A stretch of DNA of 56,710 bases, taken from a virus. Its lineage: Duplodnaviria > Caudoviricetes. A program made the position numbers and the translations under genes. Location: the IMG/VR virus record IMGVR_UViG_3300031256_000055, positions 1 to 56,710 of that record; one strand, given 5' to 3'. This document shows positions 18,784 to 29,254 of this stretch, piece after piece. Under the pieces are notes generated by a model, which was not told the DNA's origin, ran no database searches, and saw only the letters and a program-made list of their open reading frames with translations. How positions within the stretch are numbered: the stretch's first letter is position 1; each line of letters opens with the position of its first letter.

Positions 18784-21700
18784 TTAATACGTACTCCTTG
18801 GCTTGAATTCTATTATACCATTATTTTGAGTTTTTGCAACAGCTCTTCCCAACACATCAGACTCCAATTTCATTATAACTGTCACGGCTATTTCGCCATT
18901 TCCTTGGACACTACCACCCCCGGATGCAACCATATTGAATAAGTTTTTCATTTGATCCTCGTTAAAAACCGCCTCGGTACCGTGTAAAATTGCCGGGTAG
19001 CCTGATTTTGGACCGGTAGAAATTCCTCCCGTTTCAAATTGTGGGGGCTGAGGTTTTGCTGCCGCAACCGCCGCGACATTTACACCTTGAGCAACCGCGA
19101 AAGTAATTGCTGGTATATTAGCGGGCCATGGGGCAGCGGCCGTAGCAACCATTATTGCCTGTGCAAGACTTGCCGTAGCCGATGTAAGTTTGATGTACCA
19201 TTCATTCATCGCGGCTTTATATTGCAATTCTGCTTTCTGTTTTTCGTATTTTTCTTCGATATCAAGTCGGTCAAGCGCATTTTGTATTTCAAGTTCTTTG
19301 TCTTTATCCCCGGCTTTCCTTGCGGCTTCGAGTTGAGCCTCTAATCTTTCTCTTTCCGTTTCTTCTGATAATCCTGCCGCTTCAAGCTCTGCCCTCATCT
19401 GTCGGTCAAGTTCATCAATTCTGTTATCAGTTAGTTGAGAAAATAAACTTGTTAATGCGTCGGTTAACTGTTGTGCGGATGATATTATTTCATAAACTAA
19501 ATTTCTAAACTCTTCTTTTTTCTTTTCTGCCTTATCGTCACCTATCGCATCCCAGTATCTATTAATTGCATCAATAGCCGCATTGGTTGCCGTCTCTGAT
19601 GCACCCATATTTTTTACAAGGTCAATAGCTTTTTCTTTTTCAGATTTATTAACGTCTTCCAATTTTTTTTCATAATCTGCTATCAAATCGGAAATATCTT
19701 TTGATATTTTTTGCCGTCTTTCCTGCACTGCAAGATCATCTTTCTCGGATTGTATAAGCTCATCAAGTGCTTCTTTCGTTCTATCATATTCTTCTCTTAT
19801 CTTAATCATTATTGCACTTAAGGGGTCAAGTCCTTCTTCCTTTGCCGCCAGATAAGATTCTTTGAGAAAATCCATTCTCGCCTTTAATACATCTTGCTCA
19901 TCACCAAACAATCTTGCTTCGGTTGTTGCTTCTTCAATTCCTTTGAGATAATCTTTCCAGGATTTTATAATTTCATCTTTTATTGAAGGAACCTTTACAT
20001 CTTTATCAAGTCCAGCAATATCATTTTGTATATCACGTAATGATTTTTCAAGTTCAACTATTTCGTCAAGTTTTGCTTTTGCATCTTTGTATAATTGTTC
20101 CGATTTTGTCGGTTTATCAATACTTTTTTGTAGTTGATTTAATGTTTTGTTTGCATTTGATATTTCCTGTTCAACCCGGATAAATTGATTATCTTCAAAG
20201 ATTTCTCCCTTTGATACATCTCCTTTGACTTCGTTAAAAGTTAATCCAACACTTTTTAATTCATCTTTCATTTCAGAAAGAACCTTATTAAAATTAGCTT
20301 GATATAATGCGAAAGTTTGGAAAGGTCCGTTAGGTTCTTCCTCTTGATCTTGCAATAGTTTGTATTCCGTTCTGAATTTCTCAAGCGTAGCAAGTCTCGC
20401 CTGAGCATTTGCACTTTGAGCAATTAATCTATTTCTATTTTGTTCGGTTGACTTTGCATCAGCTTCGGTTTGTAATATGGTTCTTTTATATAATGATTCA
20501 CTCATCTTTAGTTGAGTCAAACCATTTTGTATTGTTGCTTCTCTTGCAAGTAACATTTGCCGTGCCGCTTCTTTTGATTTTTCACCACTTACTTCTATAG
20601 CGTTTCCATACTCATCGAACTTAGTAACAGCGGATGGCATTATTTTCTCTATTTGGGAAATTACGGTTTTTAATCGTCCTTGTTCCGATTCAGTGAGATT
20701 TGTTTTCTTCGACAAGGCTTCATACTCATCGGTTAATTGATTCAACTTCTTTGCAGTATTCCCTAATTCCCCGGCTTTTTTTATAGCCTCGGAAACTTTC
20801 GCCAACCCTTCACCGGCTTTTTCCATTGGTGTCTGATTACTTTTAAAACCGTCTAATAAAGCGTTAAATATTCCGGTTATTACATTAGTACTTATAGATG
20901 TAAATTTTAAAATTATATTAAATATATTCCCCAGGAATTCCCCTATAGGTTTAGTTGCATCTAAAAAATTAATAAAGGCTTTTATTAAATCTCTCAACCC
21001 GGGTTCAAACTTTTCTACTATCGAAATGGCTACACCTTCCAATTTAGATTTTAGAAAATCCATGCTTCCGGCAAGTGAATCATTTTGTATCTTGTATGCC
21101 TCAGCCGCCGCATTTGTCCCCGTCACATCGTCCGTATACCGTCTTAATGCATCACCACCCTGCTTAATGAGTACTGCCATTTGTGGACCGGCTACCTTAC
21201 CAAATGCATCTATAATATTTGCAGTGGTAGCACCTGAATTACCTAATACGTCTATGATATCAGCGAATGAATTTGTTTCCGGGTTTACTTTTGATAATTC
21301 AATCCCCAACTTTGCAAATATCGTTTTTATATTTTCGGTAGGGCTTGCTAAATCGGCAAGGGCTGATTTCAACGCTCGCCCTGCGGCTTGCCCCTGGAAA
21401 CCGGCGTTATACAATTCCTGTAATATTCCGGTAGTTTCTTCTACCGTATAACCAAACCCAGCCGCAACAGGCCCAACTTGTCGGAATGAGTTTGTTAATT
21501 TTTCCATGGTGGCTTGACTATTACCTATGGCCGCCGCGAAAACGTTTGAAATATTTGTTGCCTCGCTTGCTTTGAGACCGTACTGACTTATAATAGACGC
21601 AACACTTTCCGCGGTTGATGCGAGATCCGATTGAGTTGCGCCTGCTAACTGCAATACACCATCCAGAGCGGCTATCGATTGGCTTGCAGAAAAACCAGCC

Positions 21701-22089
21701 GAACCGAGATAGTATAACGCATCGGCAGCTTGCCGTGCCGTAAAGCGAGTGTTCTCACCGGCATCTTTTGCGGCTTGAGTCATAATCCTTAATTCTTCAC
21801 CGACAGCCCCGGTAACAGATTTAACATTTTGCATTGACTGTTGAAATCCGGAAAAAATCATTATACCTTGTTTTATGCTTGAGAAAAACTTATTGACAAG
21901 TTGAACCGCTCCGAAACCAAAGGCGGTTGAAAAAGAGTTTTTCCAGAACTCGCTGAACCCCTGGGAAGTCTTTTTTGAATCACTTACGAATGAGCTGATT
22001 TTTGCTTTTGCGGTTCTAAAGTCGGCTTCAAGGTTATTGAGACGAATTCGCAAATCTGCATATATGGAGCCTGAACTTATACCAGCCAT
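18784..22089 (-). CDS. Tail tape measure protein (TP901-type core)
   Basis: GSIYADL, TRFTARQAADALYYLGSAG, GQAAGRALK; 1101 aa, Ala-rich and helical. Confidence 0.93.
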   Translation of the reverse strand: MAGISSGSIYADLRIRLNNLEADFRTAKAKISSFVSDSKKTSQGFSEFWKNSFSTAFGFGAVQLVNKFFSSIKQGIMIFSGFQQSMQNVKSVTGAVGEELRIMTQAAKDAGENTRFTARQAADALYYLGSAGFSASQSIAALDGVLQLAGATQSDLASTAESVASIISQYGLKASEATNISNVFAAAIGNSQATMEKLTNSFRQVGPVAAGFGYTVEETTGILQELYNAGFQGQAAGRALKSALADLASPTENIKTIFAKLGIELSKVNPETNSFADIIDVLGNSGATTANIIDAFGKVAGPQMAVLIKQGGDALRRYTDDVTGTNAAAEAYKIQNDSLAGSMDFLKSKLEGVAISIVEKFEPGLRDLIKAFINFLDATKPIGEFLGNIFNIILKFTSISTNVITGIFNALLDGFKSNQTPMEKAGEGLAKVSEAIKKAGELGNTAKKLNQLTDEYEALSKKTNLTESEQGRLKTVISQIEKIMPSAVTKFDEYGNAIEVSGEKSKEAARQMLLAREATIQNGLTQLKMSESLYKRTILQTEADAKSTEQNRNRLIAQSANAQARLATLEKFRTEYKLLQDQEEEPNGPFQTFALYQANFNKVLSEMKDELKSVGLTFNEVKGDVSKGEIFEDNQFIRVEQEISNANKTLNQLQKSIDKPTKSEQLYKDAKAKLDEIVELEKSLRDIQNDIAGLDKDVKVPSIKDEIIKSWKDYLKGIEEATTEARLFGDEQDVLKARMDFLKESYLAAKEEGLDPLSAIMIKIREEYDRTKEALDELIQSEKDDLAVQERRQKISKDISDLIADYEKKLEDVNKSEKEKAIDLVKNMGASETATNAAIDAINRYWDAIGDDKAEKKKEEFRNLVYEIISSAQQLTDALTSLFSQLTDNRIDELDRQMRAELEAAGLSEETERERLEAQLEAARKAGDKDKELEIQNALDRLDIEEKYEKQKAELQYKAAMNEWYIKLTSATASLAQAIMVATAAAPWPANIPAITFAVAQGVNVAAVAAAKPQPPQFETGGISTGPKSGYPAILHGTEAVFNEDQMKNLFNMVASGGGSVQGNGEIAVTVIMKLESDVLGRAVAKTQNNGIIEFKPRSTY

Positions 22090-22836
22090 TTATCCCCACT
22101 TATAATTATTTTTTCTCAAGCCTTGTTCTCTTTTTTTATCTTCAAGATATTGACTCAACAAGTAATCGGAATGTTTATTTATATCGGTTTTTTGAAAATC
22201 GGTTAATATCCCGGATATCATATCCGTTGCCAAACAATTTTTATTATACGCCATAATTGCCGCACTAAGAAGTATATCTCTTGATATCCTTTTTATATCT
22301 GTGATCTGAATTCCTAACGCCCACGCGGATAAAAAATTCATCGTGTCGTCAGGCAACAAAAAGCCCAGATAAAATTCCACCTTTTCGGCTTGCCTTTCAA
22401 GTTTTCTTCGTTTTCGTTTGTCGGGTTCGGAGGTTATTAATTTATTTATTTTTTCCAGTTCCGATTTTTTTTCCGAAATGTTGAAATTCGATTGTGTTAT
22501 TTCGTTAACAATCTCTTCAAAAGTAGGCTTAATAAGGGTTAATTTTATAAGGGCTTCTTGTGCGTTTTTTATTTCGATTAATTCGTCTAATGTTTTTTCT
22601 TTTTTAATATCCTCTTCATCGTCCGGTAAATACAAACAAGATATTTTACCACAACTCTGAATTTGTAACGCATTCAAACAAGTCACATAACACCATATTG
22701 AGTTATTACCGATTACATTGGAGTTGAACGGTACACAAATCCAGTGAAACATTGCCCCCCGGATTGCGGCTATTGGATTATAGCCTACCGGAGGACAATT
22801 ATTTTTTAATTCAAGTTGATTTTCTTGTTGTTTCAT
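22090..22836 (-). CDS. Probable tail assembly chaperone
   Basis: Between the tail tube and tape measure genes. Confidence 0.5.
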   Translation of the reverse strand: MKQQENQLELKNNCPPVGYNPIAAIRGAMFHWICVPFNSNVIGNNSIWCYVTCLNALQIQSCGKISCLYLPDDEEDIKKEKTLDELIEIKNAQEALIKLTLIKPTFEEIVNEITQSNFNISEKKSELEKINKLITSEPDKRKRRKLERQAEKVEFYLGFLLPDDTMNFLSAWALGIQITDIKRISRDILLSAAIMAYNKNCLATDMISGILTDFQKTDINKHSDYLLSQYLEDKKREQGLRKNNYKWG

Positions 22837-22838
22837 TC

Positions 22839-23810
22839 TTAGGTGTCATCCTCCATTGATGCCTGTATACTTTCAACGTCTAACGCATCAAATTCGTCTG
22901 TTGTATAAATCTTGTCAGTATAGAACGGCTGTCGTACCCCAGCTTCATTCGTCCATTCAGTAGCATCGCAATTGTAAGCCGTTTCCTTAAGAGTTTTTGT
23001 TTCATGGGATTCGTCTGCCTCAAGGCCAGTCACTGAATATATTTTTTTCATAAGATATCCGGCTTTCGTTCCTCTTTGGTTTGTACCCTTACCGTATTCA
23101 GGCCCGAAGTAATATATTGAAAAAATAGGGCTTGTGGTAACGGACGATAGAGGGGGTGTATATTCATTCGTAAGGGGAGCCCATGTTCCACCCTGTACAA
23201 CTTCCTTAATATAATAATCATCGTCTGTCATGGTCAATACGGGAGTATACCCCTTCATAATTGCATTAAGGATAACAGAGATTATAGTCCCATCGCCTGA
23301 CTCAGTTTCAATTTCTTCTTTTGCTTTTATGTTTTTCGGCAATGCAACAGTTTTTAGATTATCGAAAGCCTCGAAAAAGACAATTCCATTTCCGCCAAAA
23401 TCTTGACCTTGACCAAAATCCAGAAGTGCCGCGAAAGTCGGATCCGTATCTACGGAAAAAACTTGTAAGAAATCAACCGAGGCCGGTGTGTCATAAACAA
23501 TCAATAGTCTGTCCGTGTAGGTGTCCTGGGATGCCGTGATATTTGTGAATGCCGCATTTGTTATTGCCGTCACCATTTCGGCAACCGTCACCGCTGTCGG
23601 ATCAACGGCTGCGGACCAATCAACGGTATTGATTTCCTCTGTGCCATTATCTATCTTAATCCCCAACCTTGCATTAGTTGCGCCGATAGACGAAAGATCA
23701 ACGGTCCCGTAAAACCCAAGGATACGGCTCGGCGTAGCCGGTGTTCCATCTGGGTTATTTCTGACTATAAACGCGCCTTCAGGCCCGAATACTGTTTTCT
23801 TATTTATCAT
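22839..23810 (-). CDS. Major tail (tube) protein
   Basis: 323 aa, Thr/Asp-rich, canonical position two genes before the tape measure. Confidence 0.65.
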   Translation of the reverse strand: MINKKTVFGPEGAFIVRNNPDGTPATPSRILGFYGTVDLSSIGATNARLGIKIDNGTEEINTVDWSAAVDPTAVTVAEMVTAITNAAFTNITASQDTYTDRLLIVYDTPASVDFLQVFSVDTDPTFAALLDFGQGQDFGGNGIVFFEAFDNLKTVALPKNIKAKEEIETESGDGTIISVILNAIMKGYTPVLTMTDDDYYIKEVVQGGTWAPLTNEYTPPLSSVTTSPIFSIYYFGPEYGKGTNQRGTKAGYLMKKIYSVTGLEADESHETKTLKETAYNCDATEWTNEAGVRQPFYTDKIYTTDEFDALDVESIQASMEDDT

Positions 23811-23816
23811 AATTAT

Positions 23817-24194
23817 TTACCTCCCATAAATCCCAACAGTACTAATCTTTTGCTCTTTTGAAATTGTACCATCGGCATTATTAATTATATCGCTCGGCGC
23901 GCCCTCAAAGCGCACCTCTAAAACTCTTGAATCTCTTGTTGTCAAATCTTCACCGGCTAATAATTCACGTACCTCGTTAAAAATATAATCATCTAAATCG
24001 TTGGTATATCCTGGATTAAAATGCACTATTATTGTATACAGATCAGTCCCCTGATTTTCGCCTTCGATTTGTCGTATGAATTCCGGACCGGATAAAACAA
24101 CATAAGGTGGATTAGGATTTACAATATTATCACCTTTGGGAAAAACATTTGTGATAGACCCGGTTTTTAATATTGTTTCGATTGCTGTAATCAC
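23817..24194 (-). CDS. Tail terminator-like protein
   Basis: 125 aa, PPYVV motif, position before the tube gene. Confidence 0.5.
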   Translation of the reverse strand: MITAIETILKTGSITNVFPKGDNIVNPNPPYVVLSGPEFIRQIEGENQGTDLYTIIVHFNPGYTNDLDDYIFNEVRELLAGEDLTTRDSRVLEVRFEGAPSDIINNADGTISKEQKISTVGIYGR

Positions 24195-24197
24195 TTA

Positions 24198-24563
24198 TCA
24201 TCCACCACCAAATATTTTTTTTACGTCGGCAAAATACCGGCTTGAAAATCTTTTTATAATAGGCCATAAGGCTTGATGTTTTCTATCATTAGCAAGCTCA
24301 AGATATACACCATAATCAACCCCGTGTGAAATGAACCACCCGTAACCATAATAATCTTTGAACGCATTCGCAAACATCCTTGTAGCGGCTTGTGCCGTTT
24401 TGTTATCCCAAAATTTACCCGGAGTATCTACCCCGGGGGGTTGTACTGACAAAAAATAATTTATTGCCTGCACCGCATAATATCGGTTCAAGGCTTCTAA
24501 CATCGCAACACGTCTTGTCAAGAGTTCATATGCCATGTTTGCAATGACTTGTTGATTAGCCAA
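24198..24563 (-). CDS. HK97 gp10-like tail completion protein
   Basis: WDNKTAQA, HGVDYGVYLELAN, LWPII pattern. Confidence 0.6.
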   Translation of the reverse strand: MANQQVIANMAYELLTRRVAMLEALNRYYAVQAINYFLSVQPPGVDTPGKFWDNKTAQAATRMFANAFKDYYGYGWFISHGVDYGVYLELANDRKHQALWPIIKRFSSRYFADVKKIFGGG

Positions 24564-24750
24564 TTTTCACCCATTCCCTTTTCCCAGCCTCTATTAGACG
24601 AATTTGACCCTCAAGGCTTTTGATTATATTTTCTGCCACCTCAATATCAATATAATAAGTCACATTGTCAGGCGTTTTTAAAATTACTAAGTTATCTTTA
24701 TCATCAATCTTTTTACCATCTTCATCAATAACATTGATATCTTTAAGCAT
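24556..24750 (-). CDS. Small hypothetical protein
   Basis: 64 aa, overlaps both neighbours. Confidence 0.5.
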   Translation of the reverse strand: MLKDINVIDEDGKKIDDKDNLVILKTPDNVTYYIDIEVAENIIKSLEGQIRLIEAGKREWVKIG

Positions 24751-25141
24751 ACAACACCGCCTCAGTCAATTCTTTTAACTCGTATTCATAACCTATCAAA
24801 CTGTTATACTTTCGTAATTCACGCCTTTGAATTACCTTTAACTTTATCCCATTATACACGAATTCAAGTCTGTTGTCAACAAGCGTTTCATAGTCGGATA
24901 TCATAAAATAAACGCGCTGTTGTATATAAATCGGCGATCCGTTTTCTATTTTCCGTATAGGCTTTGTCGTAAAACTTATCCGGACATTATTTGTATAAAT
25001 TTTTAATTCCGGTACCGCATCTTTATTCTCGTTATACCGTCCGTGTCCGTTATCAAATAACGGGTATAAATCCCCGGATAATGAAAAAGGATTCAAGGCA
25101 ATTTTCTGTTTGTTTGCCGTCCTCAACATAGCGGCTGACAT
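24743..25141 (-). CDS. Head closure / stopper-like protein
   Basis: Size and position after the adaptor gene. Confidence 0.45.
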   Translation of the reverse strand: MSAAMLRTANKQKIALNPFSLSGDLYPLFDNGHGRYNENKDAVPELKIYTNNVRISFTTKPIRKIENGSPIYIQQRVYFMISDYETLVDNRLEFVYNGIKLKVIQRRELRKYNSLIGYEYELKELTEAVLYA

Positions 25142-25485
25142 TATATATCACCTCCGGCTATAGTCGGTGGAGTGCTTGCAATATATTTCCCGGTTGTATT
25201 ATTTTTCTCGCTTTCATATTCATCCTTGAACATATCACGCATAGACAATAACAAATTCAGTCTATCCCTGACCGGAGCAAGGGCAACAACTTCTTCCCCC
25301 GTATCATCTTTCTCAAGTAATTGTTTTCTCAGCTTTGGGATTAACCGCATAATAAGTTGATAGCTGGCATAATTCACAGAAGATTTAAGGTCAATAAAAT
25401 ATTCTATTTGTGCGTCTGTAAAATCAACACTATCCTCATCGGCTATATTCAATCTTACAAGTTCTATTTCGGCCGCTGTTGCCAT
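25141..25485 (-). CDS. Head-tail adaptor (connector)
   Basis: IELVRLNIAD..FTDAQIEYFI pattern typical of helical adaptors. Confidence 0.65.
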   Translation of the reverse strand: MATAAEIELVRLNIADEDSVDFTDAQIEYFIDLKSSVNYASYQLIMRLIPKLRKQLLEKDDTGEEVVALAPVRDRLNLLLSMRDMFKDEYESEKNNTTGKYIASTPPTIAGGDI

Positions 25486-25486
25486 A

Positions 25487-26107
25487 TTAAACGCCCTTCC
25501 TTATATTCTTTGCTTTCCGTCTCGCACATATACGATAGGCTTTATTCTCATTACGGATGATTTCAACAGCGGGGAAAACTTCTTTTACTTTTTCGATTCC
25601 ATCCGTATTGACTCTGATATCAACAATAAAAACCCCGTTTTTAGATAATAGCTCATTCGCTTTGTCAAGATAAAATGAAACTGGATAATGATAACCGCAC
25701 GACAACAGTGATATAATTATATCCTGCTTGCCTATGTTTGATGGTATATCGTTTCCCGTTTCGCCTTCTATGAATTTATAATTTTCTATCCCGTTAGCCT
25801 TCAATAACTCACCTGCAACGCCGAATGAATTATAAAAAGACCCCTTGGTTTTATATCCATAATGAATATCTTTATCAATCTTGTTTTTATCGACAAGATT
25901 GAATTTTACATTTTTGTAATAATCGTTCAGAAAAACATCTATTGCACATACGCCACACCCGATATCAAGAACGTATTTACATTTTTCTGGAAGAAATGAT
26001 TTAATCTCATTATATTCTCTTTCTATTTCAGAAATAAAAACATTTACATCAGGCATCTTTGTCCGTTGTAGGTTTATAAATGTCAATGCTTGCTCTGGTA
26101 TTTTCAT
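25487..26107 (-). CDS. Class I SAM-dependent methyltransferase
   Basis: VLDIGCG motif I, NLVD, DIIISLLSCGYHY, LSKNGVFI. Confidence 0.85.
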   Translation of the reverse strand: MKIPEQALTFINLQRTKMPDVNVFISEIEREYNEIKSFLPEKCKYVLDIGCGVCAIDVFLNDYYKNVKFNLVDKNKIDKDIHYGYKTKGSFYNSFGVAGELLKANGIENYKFIEGETGNDIPSNIGKQDIIISLLSCGYHYPVSFYLDKANELLSKNGVFIVDIRVNTDGIEKVKEVFPAVEIIRNENKAYRICARRKAKNIRKGV

Positions 26108-26801
26108 ATTTTCTTGCCCTTTCTAATATTGGAATAAGATAATTATGTTTAGGTATCATTTTTTGTCTACCGAAAAATATTTTTCTTAATCCTGATTTTA
26201 TGTGCACCGCTCTTACGTTCCCGGATAAATTACACCAGCAATTTTGTTCAGCATTCCATATGCTACATGGTAATTCAAGTATTTTTATATCACTCTGGAA
26301 TTCCTGCAATGTTGCCGCGAGTGAGGCTTGATCAATTCCCCAATATCTGTTTATTTCGTTAAGGTCAAACCTTTTAGCTATCTCTTTAGTTTTATTACGC
26401 CAATCCTTGAGAAATTTTATCGCCGCGAAGGTTGGCTTGACAAAACAAATACCTGTATTATATTTACACCGATGATCTCTTACCGTGATTGCGATGTCAA
26501 AATCTTCACACCATATATCATTAACCGACTTATAGAACATAATATCACAATCCGACATCAATACATTTTCATATTCTTTTTTACATATATTTATAGCTTC
26601 CGTTATTTTTCTCATGAATGCAAAATAAGTATCCCAGTGATGATTGTTTATTCTATCATCCCCATACTTTTTTTGATTTGGCTCAACATCAAATATTCTT
26701 ATTTCTGAATTCGGCATAAACTCAGATGCTGAATTATAAAATATATTTAATAATTTTCTATATTTAGGTTCACGGTCAAAAAATGTAGAAACAATAATCA
26801 T
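26049..26801 (-). CDS. GT-A fold nucleotide-sugar glycosyltransferase (paralogue 3)
   Basis: LMSDCDIM (DxD), FDIAIT, YNTGICF, GIDQASL, WNA, VHIKS. Confidence 0.85.
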   Translation of the reverse strand: MIIVSTFFDREPKYRKLLNIFYNSASEFMPNSEIRIFDVEPNQKKYGDDRINNHHWDTYFAFMRKITEAINICKKEYENVLMSDCDIMFYKSVNDIWCEDFDIAITVRDHRCKYNTGICFVKPTFAAIKFLKDWRNKTKEIAKRFDLNEINRYWGIDQASLAATLQEFQSDIKILELPCSIWNAEQNCWCNLSGNVRAVHIKSGLRKIFFGRQKMIPKHNYLIPILERARKYENTRASIDIYKPTTDKDA

Positions 26802-27415
26802 AAAGACAAGTCCCCCTTATATAAAAATATTGCGGTCCCTAATTTTTTATTTACATATTTTAATTTAAAACTTTCAGGCTTTGATTCTATAAAATCTTTT
26901 TGAAACTCTAATTTTTTATCATTCGGCCTTGCAAGGTAAAAATAATAATCCATGAGTACAACAATTGTTTTCATAGGAATCCAGGAAGATGAAAATATTT
27001 TTAAAGCCTTAATAAAATTTTCCTCATACTTGCATGCATCATCGATATATAAGTAAATAGGTTTTCCGTTCCATTTGTTTTTTGTAATTTCACCCTTGTG
27101 TAAATATAATTTTATCCCGGGAACATATAACCAATCCATAACTAAAGACAAAATATTTTGTCCTTGTTTTAATTCGACTCCAAACTTTGCGGCTTTATCA
27201 ACTTCATTCCCCTGGATAATAAAATCATCATATCCATGTATTTCTACATCATTCCCAGAGTCTTTTACACCATTAACTAACGCCTTTGTACCAGCCCCGC
27301 ACCAAGTTCCCAACTCAACCGCTGCGCCCCCTGGGGGGATAGCCTTTGCATAATCAAAAAATATTTTATTTAATTTCCCACCGCCCATGGATGGTATTAC
27401 AAAATTATCTTCCAT
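26798..27415 (-). CDS. Class I SAM-dependent methyltransferase (O-methyltransferase-like)
   Basis: AVELGTWCGAGT, IHGYDDF, LYIDDA, VVLMDY. Confidence 0.8.
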   Translation of the reverse strand: MEDNFVIPSMGGGKLNKIFFDYAKAIPPGGAAVELGTWCGAGTKALVNGVKDSGNDVEIHGYDDFIIQGNEVDKAAKFGVELKQGQNILSLVMDWLYVPGIKLYLHKGEITKNKWNGKPIYLYIDDACKYEENFIKALKIFSSSWIPMKTIVVLMDYYFYLARPNDKKLEFQKDFIESKPESFKLKYVNKKLGTAIFLYKGDLSL

Positions 27416-28106
27416 TATTTATATACCACTCTTTCATAGTATTTTTAAAAACTCCTATTGGTTTATTGCCTTGTAAAACAAGTTTTCTGATTTTAGATTT
27501 CATATGTACAAACACAGTGCTATTATCAATATCCTGCAAATCACGGTCAATTGCGTTCCATTCCCTTGTCATATACTTATGCACTTTAGCCCCGTTTATA
27601 CCGGTTTCAAGAATACACCCCATGGCCGCTTGATTTATTCCCGCATATCCTTTCTCTGTCCGCCATTTTTCATGGAAATCTACATCTTTAAACATCCGGT
27701 TGTTAACATCTAACAACTCAGTAAGAAATTCATAGGCTTCTTCCGTGGGACGGGTCATTATGACCCCACCATTTATTTTAGCTTTATATGGTTGCTTGAT
27801 TGCCGTATAAGCTATGTCAAACGGTATATTAAACGCATGTTCACCATTTCTTAATGCTAACATATCACAATCCATAAATATAATATTATCATTTGTTTTA
27901 TTAAAAAACTTAACCCACAAATCAAGTTTAAACGTGTTGTCTAAATATCCCGGAACCCGGTATCTTTCATAAGGCGGGGGTATAGGTTCAACCGATATGA
28001 AATTAACATCCGGCATATGATGTTTAACAGATTTCCGGAAAACTTCAAGTAATATTTTATATTCCGGTCTATCCGGATATTTAAAACATACCGTATAGAT
28101 AGTCAA
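27405..28106 (-). CDS. GT-A fold glycosyltransferase (paralogue 2)
   Basis: IFMDCDML, FDIAYT, INGGVI, GINQAAM, EWNAI, VHMKS. Confidence 0.85.
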   Translation of the reverse strand: MTIYTVCFKYPDRPEYKILLEVFRKSVKHHMPDVNFISVEPIPPPYERYRVPGYLDNTFKLDLWVKFFNKTNDNIIFMDCDMLALRNGEHAFNIPFDIAYTAIKQPYKAKINGGVIMTRPTEEAYEFLTELLDVNNRMFKDVDFHEKWRTEKGYAGINQAAMGCILETGINGAKVHKYMTREWNAIDRDLQDIDNSTVFVHMKSKIRKLVLQGNKPIGVFKNTMKEWYINNGR

Positions 28107-28465
28107 TTTTTTTCTCCTGGATTATCATTATAGTCAACAAAACCACAGCCATTAATTAATGAGTTTTCTATATCCCTATCATTTTTTTTAAAATAAATCC
28201 TGAATTTTTTACCACAAAAAATTTGAGTAATAGTCGAAAATAAAGTAATAACACTAACACCGTCAACGTATGGTACGTCTCCGACTGTTTTTTTATATTC
28301 ATTAATAAATAAATCTAATTCAGGATATTCTTTTTTTAATTCCATCAATTCATCTAATTGATGATCTTTCATTTCATAAATTTTATTAAAATCAGAATAT
28401 GATATATTTAAAATTTTAAATAATTTATTAAACAATTCTTTTAATCTTTCTTCTTTTTTAATCAA
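28103..28465 (-). CDS. Hypothetical protein within the glycosylation cluster
   Basis: 120 aa, 4-nt overlaps with both GT genes. Confidence 0.55.
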   Translation of the reverse strand: MIKKEERLKELFNKLFKILNISYSDFNKIYEMKDHQLDELMELKKEYPELDLFINEYKKTVGDVPYVDGVSVITLFSTITQIFCGKKFRIYFKKNDRDIENSLINGCGFVDYNDNPGEKN

Positions 28466-29199
28466 TTTTTAATACTCCTTTTTCTTAATAATTCTCTTCT
28501 GTAATTTTTCCACATATTTAAAACATAATTCCACTCTGAATTTGATTTTGAATTTTCTATCAAAGCCCTTCGGAGCGGACCTTTAAAATGTATGACTTTC
28601 GTTCCCGAATTAAGATTTACTTTACTCCAATCACAATTTATAGCATTCCATTCTCTGGTAATTAATTTATGCACTTTTAATTCCGGAATATCCTCTGAAT
28701 AATGATCAAGCATATAACCGAATGCAGCTTGATTTATTCCAAGGAATGTTTTACTCCACTTAGCATGGAATTTTCTATTATGTAGCATTATGCCGTCAAT
28801 TTCCAAGAGTTTACGCAAAAACAATTTTGCGTTTTCGGTAGGTTTTGCAAATAAGATTCCCAAATTAAACGGAACCCTTTTTTTACTTGTCGCTTCGGTA
28901 TAGGCTATATCAAAATCAAAATTAAACGCATCTTCAATTGTATTTGTAAATAATAAATCACAATCACAAAAAATAACTTCTTCATTCAATTTTTCAAATT
29001 GACCAATCCAATATTTTAACTTTAAATCATTATAAAAATATCTGTCCGGTCTTCCTGAATTATTAACCGGAACATCTTTTTTTATTTCAATTATTTCTAT
29101 ATCCGGCATATGTTTTTTAGCGGAGAATTTAAAGACATCCATGAGCCTTGAATATATTTTATTTTTATCATTATCAAAACAAACAGTAATTATTTTCAT
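28462..29199 (-). CDS. GT-A fold glycosyltransferase (paralogue 1)
   Basis: IFCDCDLL, FDIAYT, FNLGILF, GINQAAF, EWNAI, IHFKG. Confidence 0.85.
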   Translation of the reverse strand: MKIITVCFDNDKNKIYSRLMDVFKFSAKKHMPDIEIIEIKKDVPVNNSGRPDRYFYNDLKLKYWIGQFEKLNEEVIFCDCDLLFTNTIEDAFNFDFDIAYTEATSKKRVPFNLGILFAKPTENAKLFLRKLLEIDGIMLHNRKFHAKWSKTFLGINQAAFGYMLDHYSEDIPELKVHKLITREWNAINCDWSKVNLNSGTKVIHFKGPLRRALIENSKSNSEWNYVLNMWKNYRRELLRKRSIKN

Positions 29200-29201
29200 A
29201 C

Positions 29202-29235
29202 AAATAAGAGAGCGCCCGAAGGCACCCTCTTTATT
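29202..29235 (-). terminator. Terminator-like hairpin after the major capsid gene
   Basis: Minus strand AAGAGGGTGCC-TTCG-GGCGCTCTCTT-ATTT (UUCG tetraloop). Confidence 0.75.
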
Positions 29236-29254
29236 CCTTTCTCTTTATCTAATT

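Noticed and set aside
25487-29199. DNA hypermodification (T4-like glucosylation) as the role of the GT cluster
   Set aside because: No hydroxymethylase, kinase or phage DNA polymerase is present and the cluster lies in the structural operon; not fully excluded
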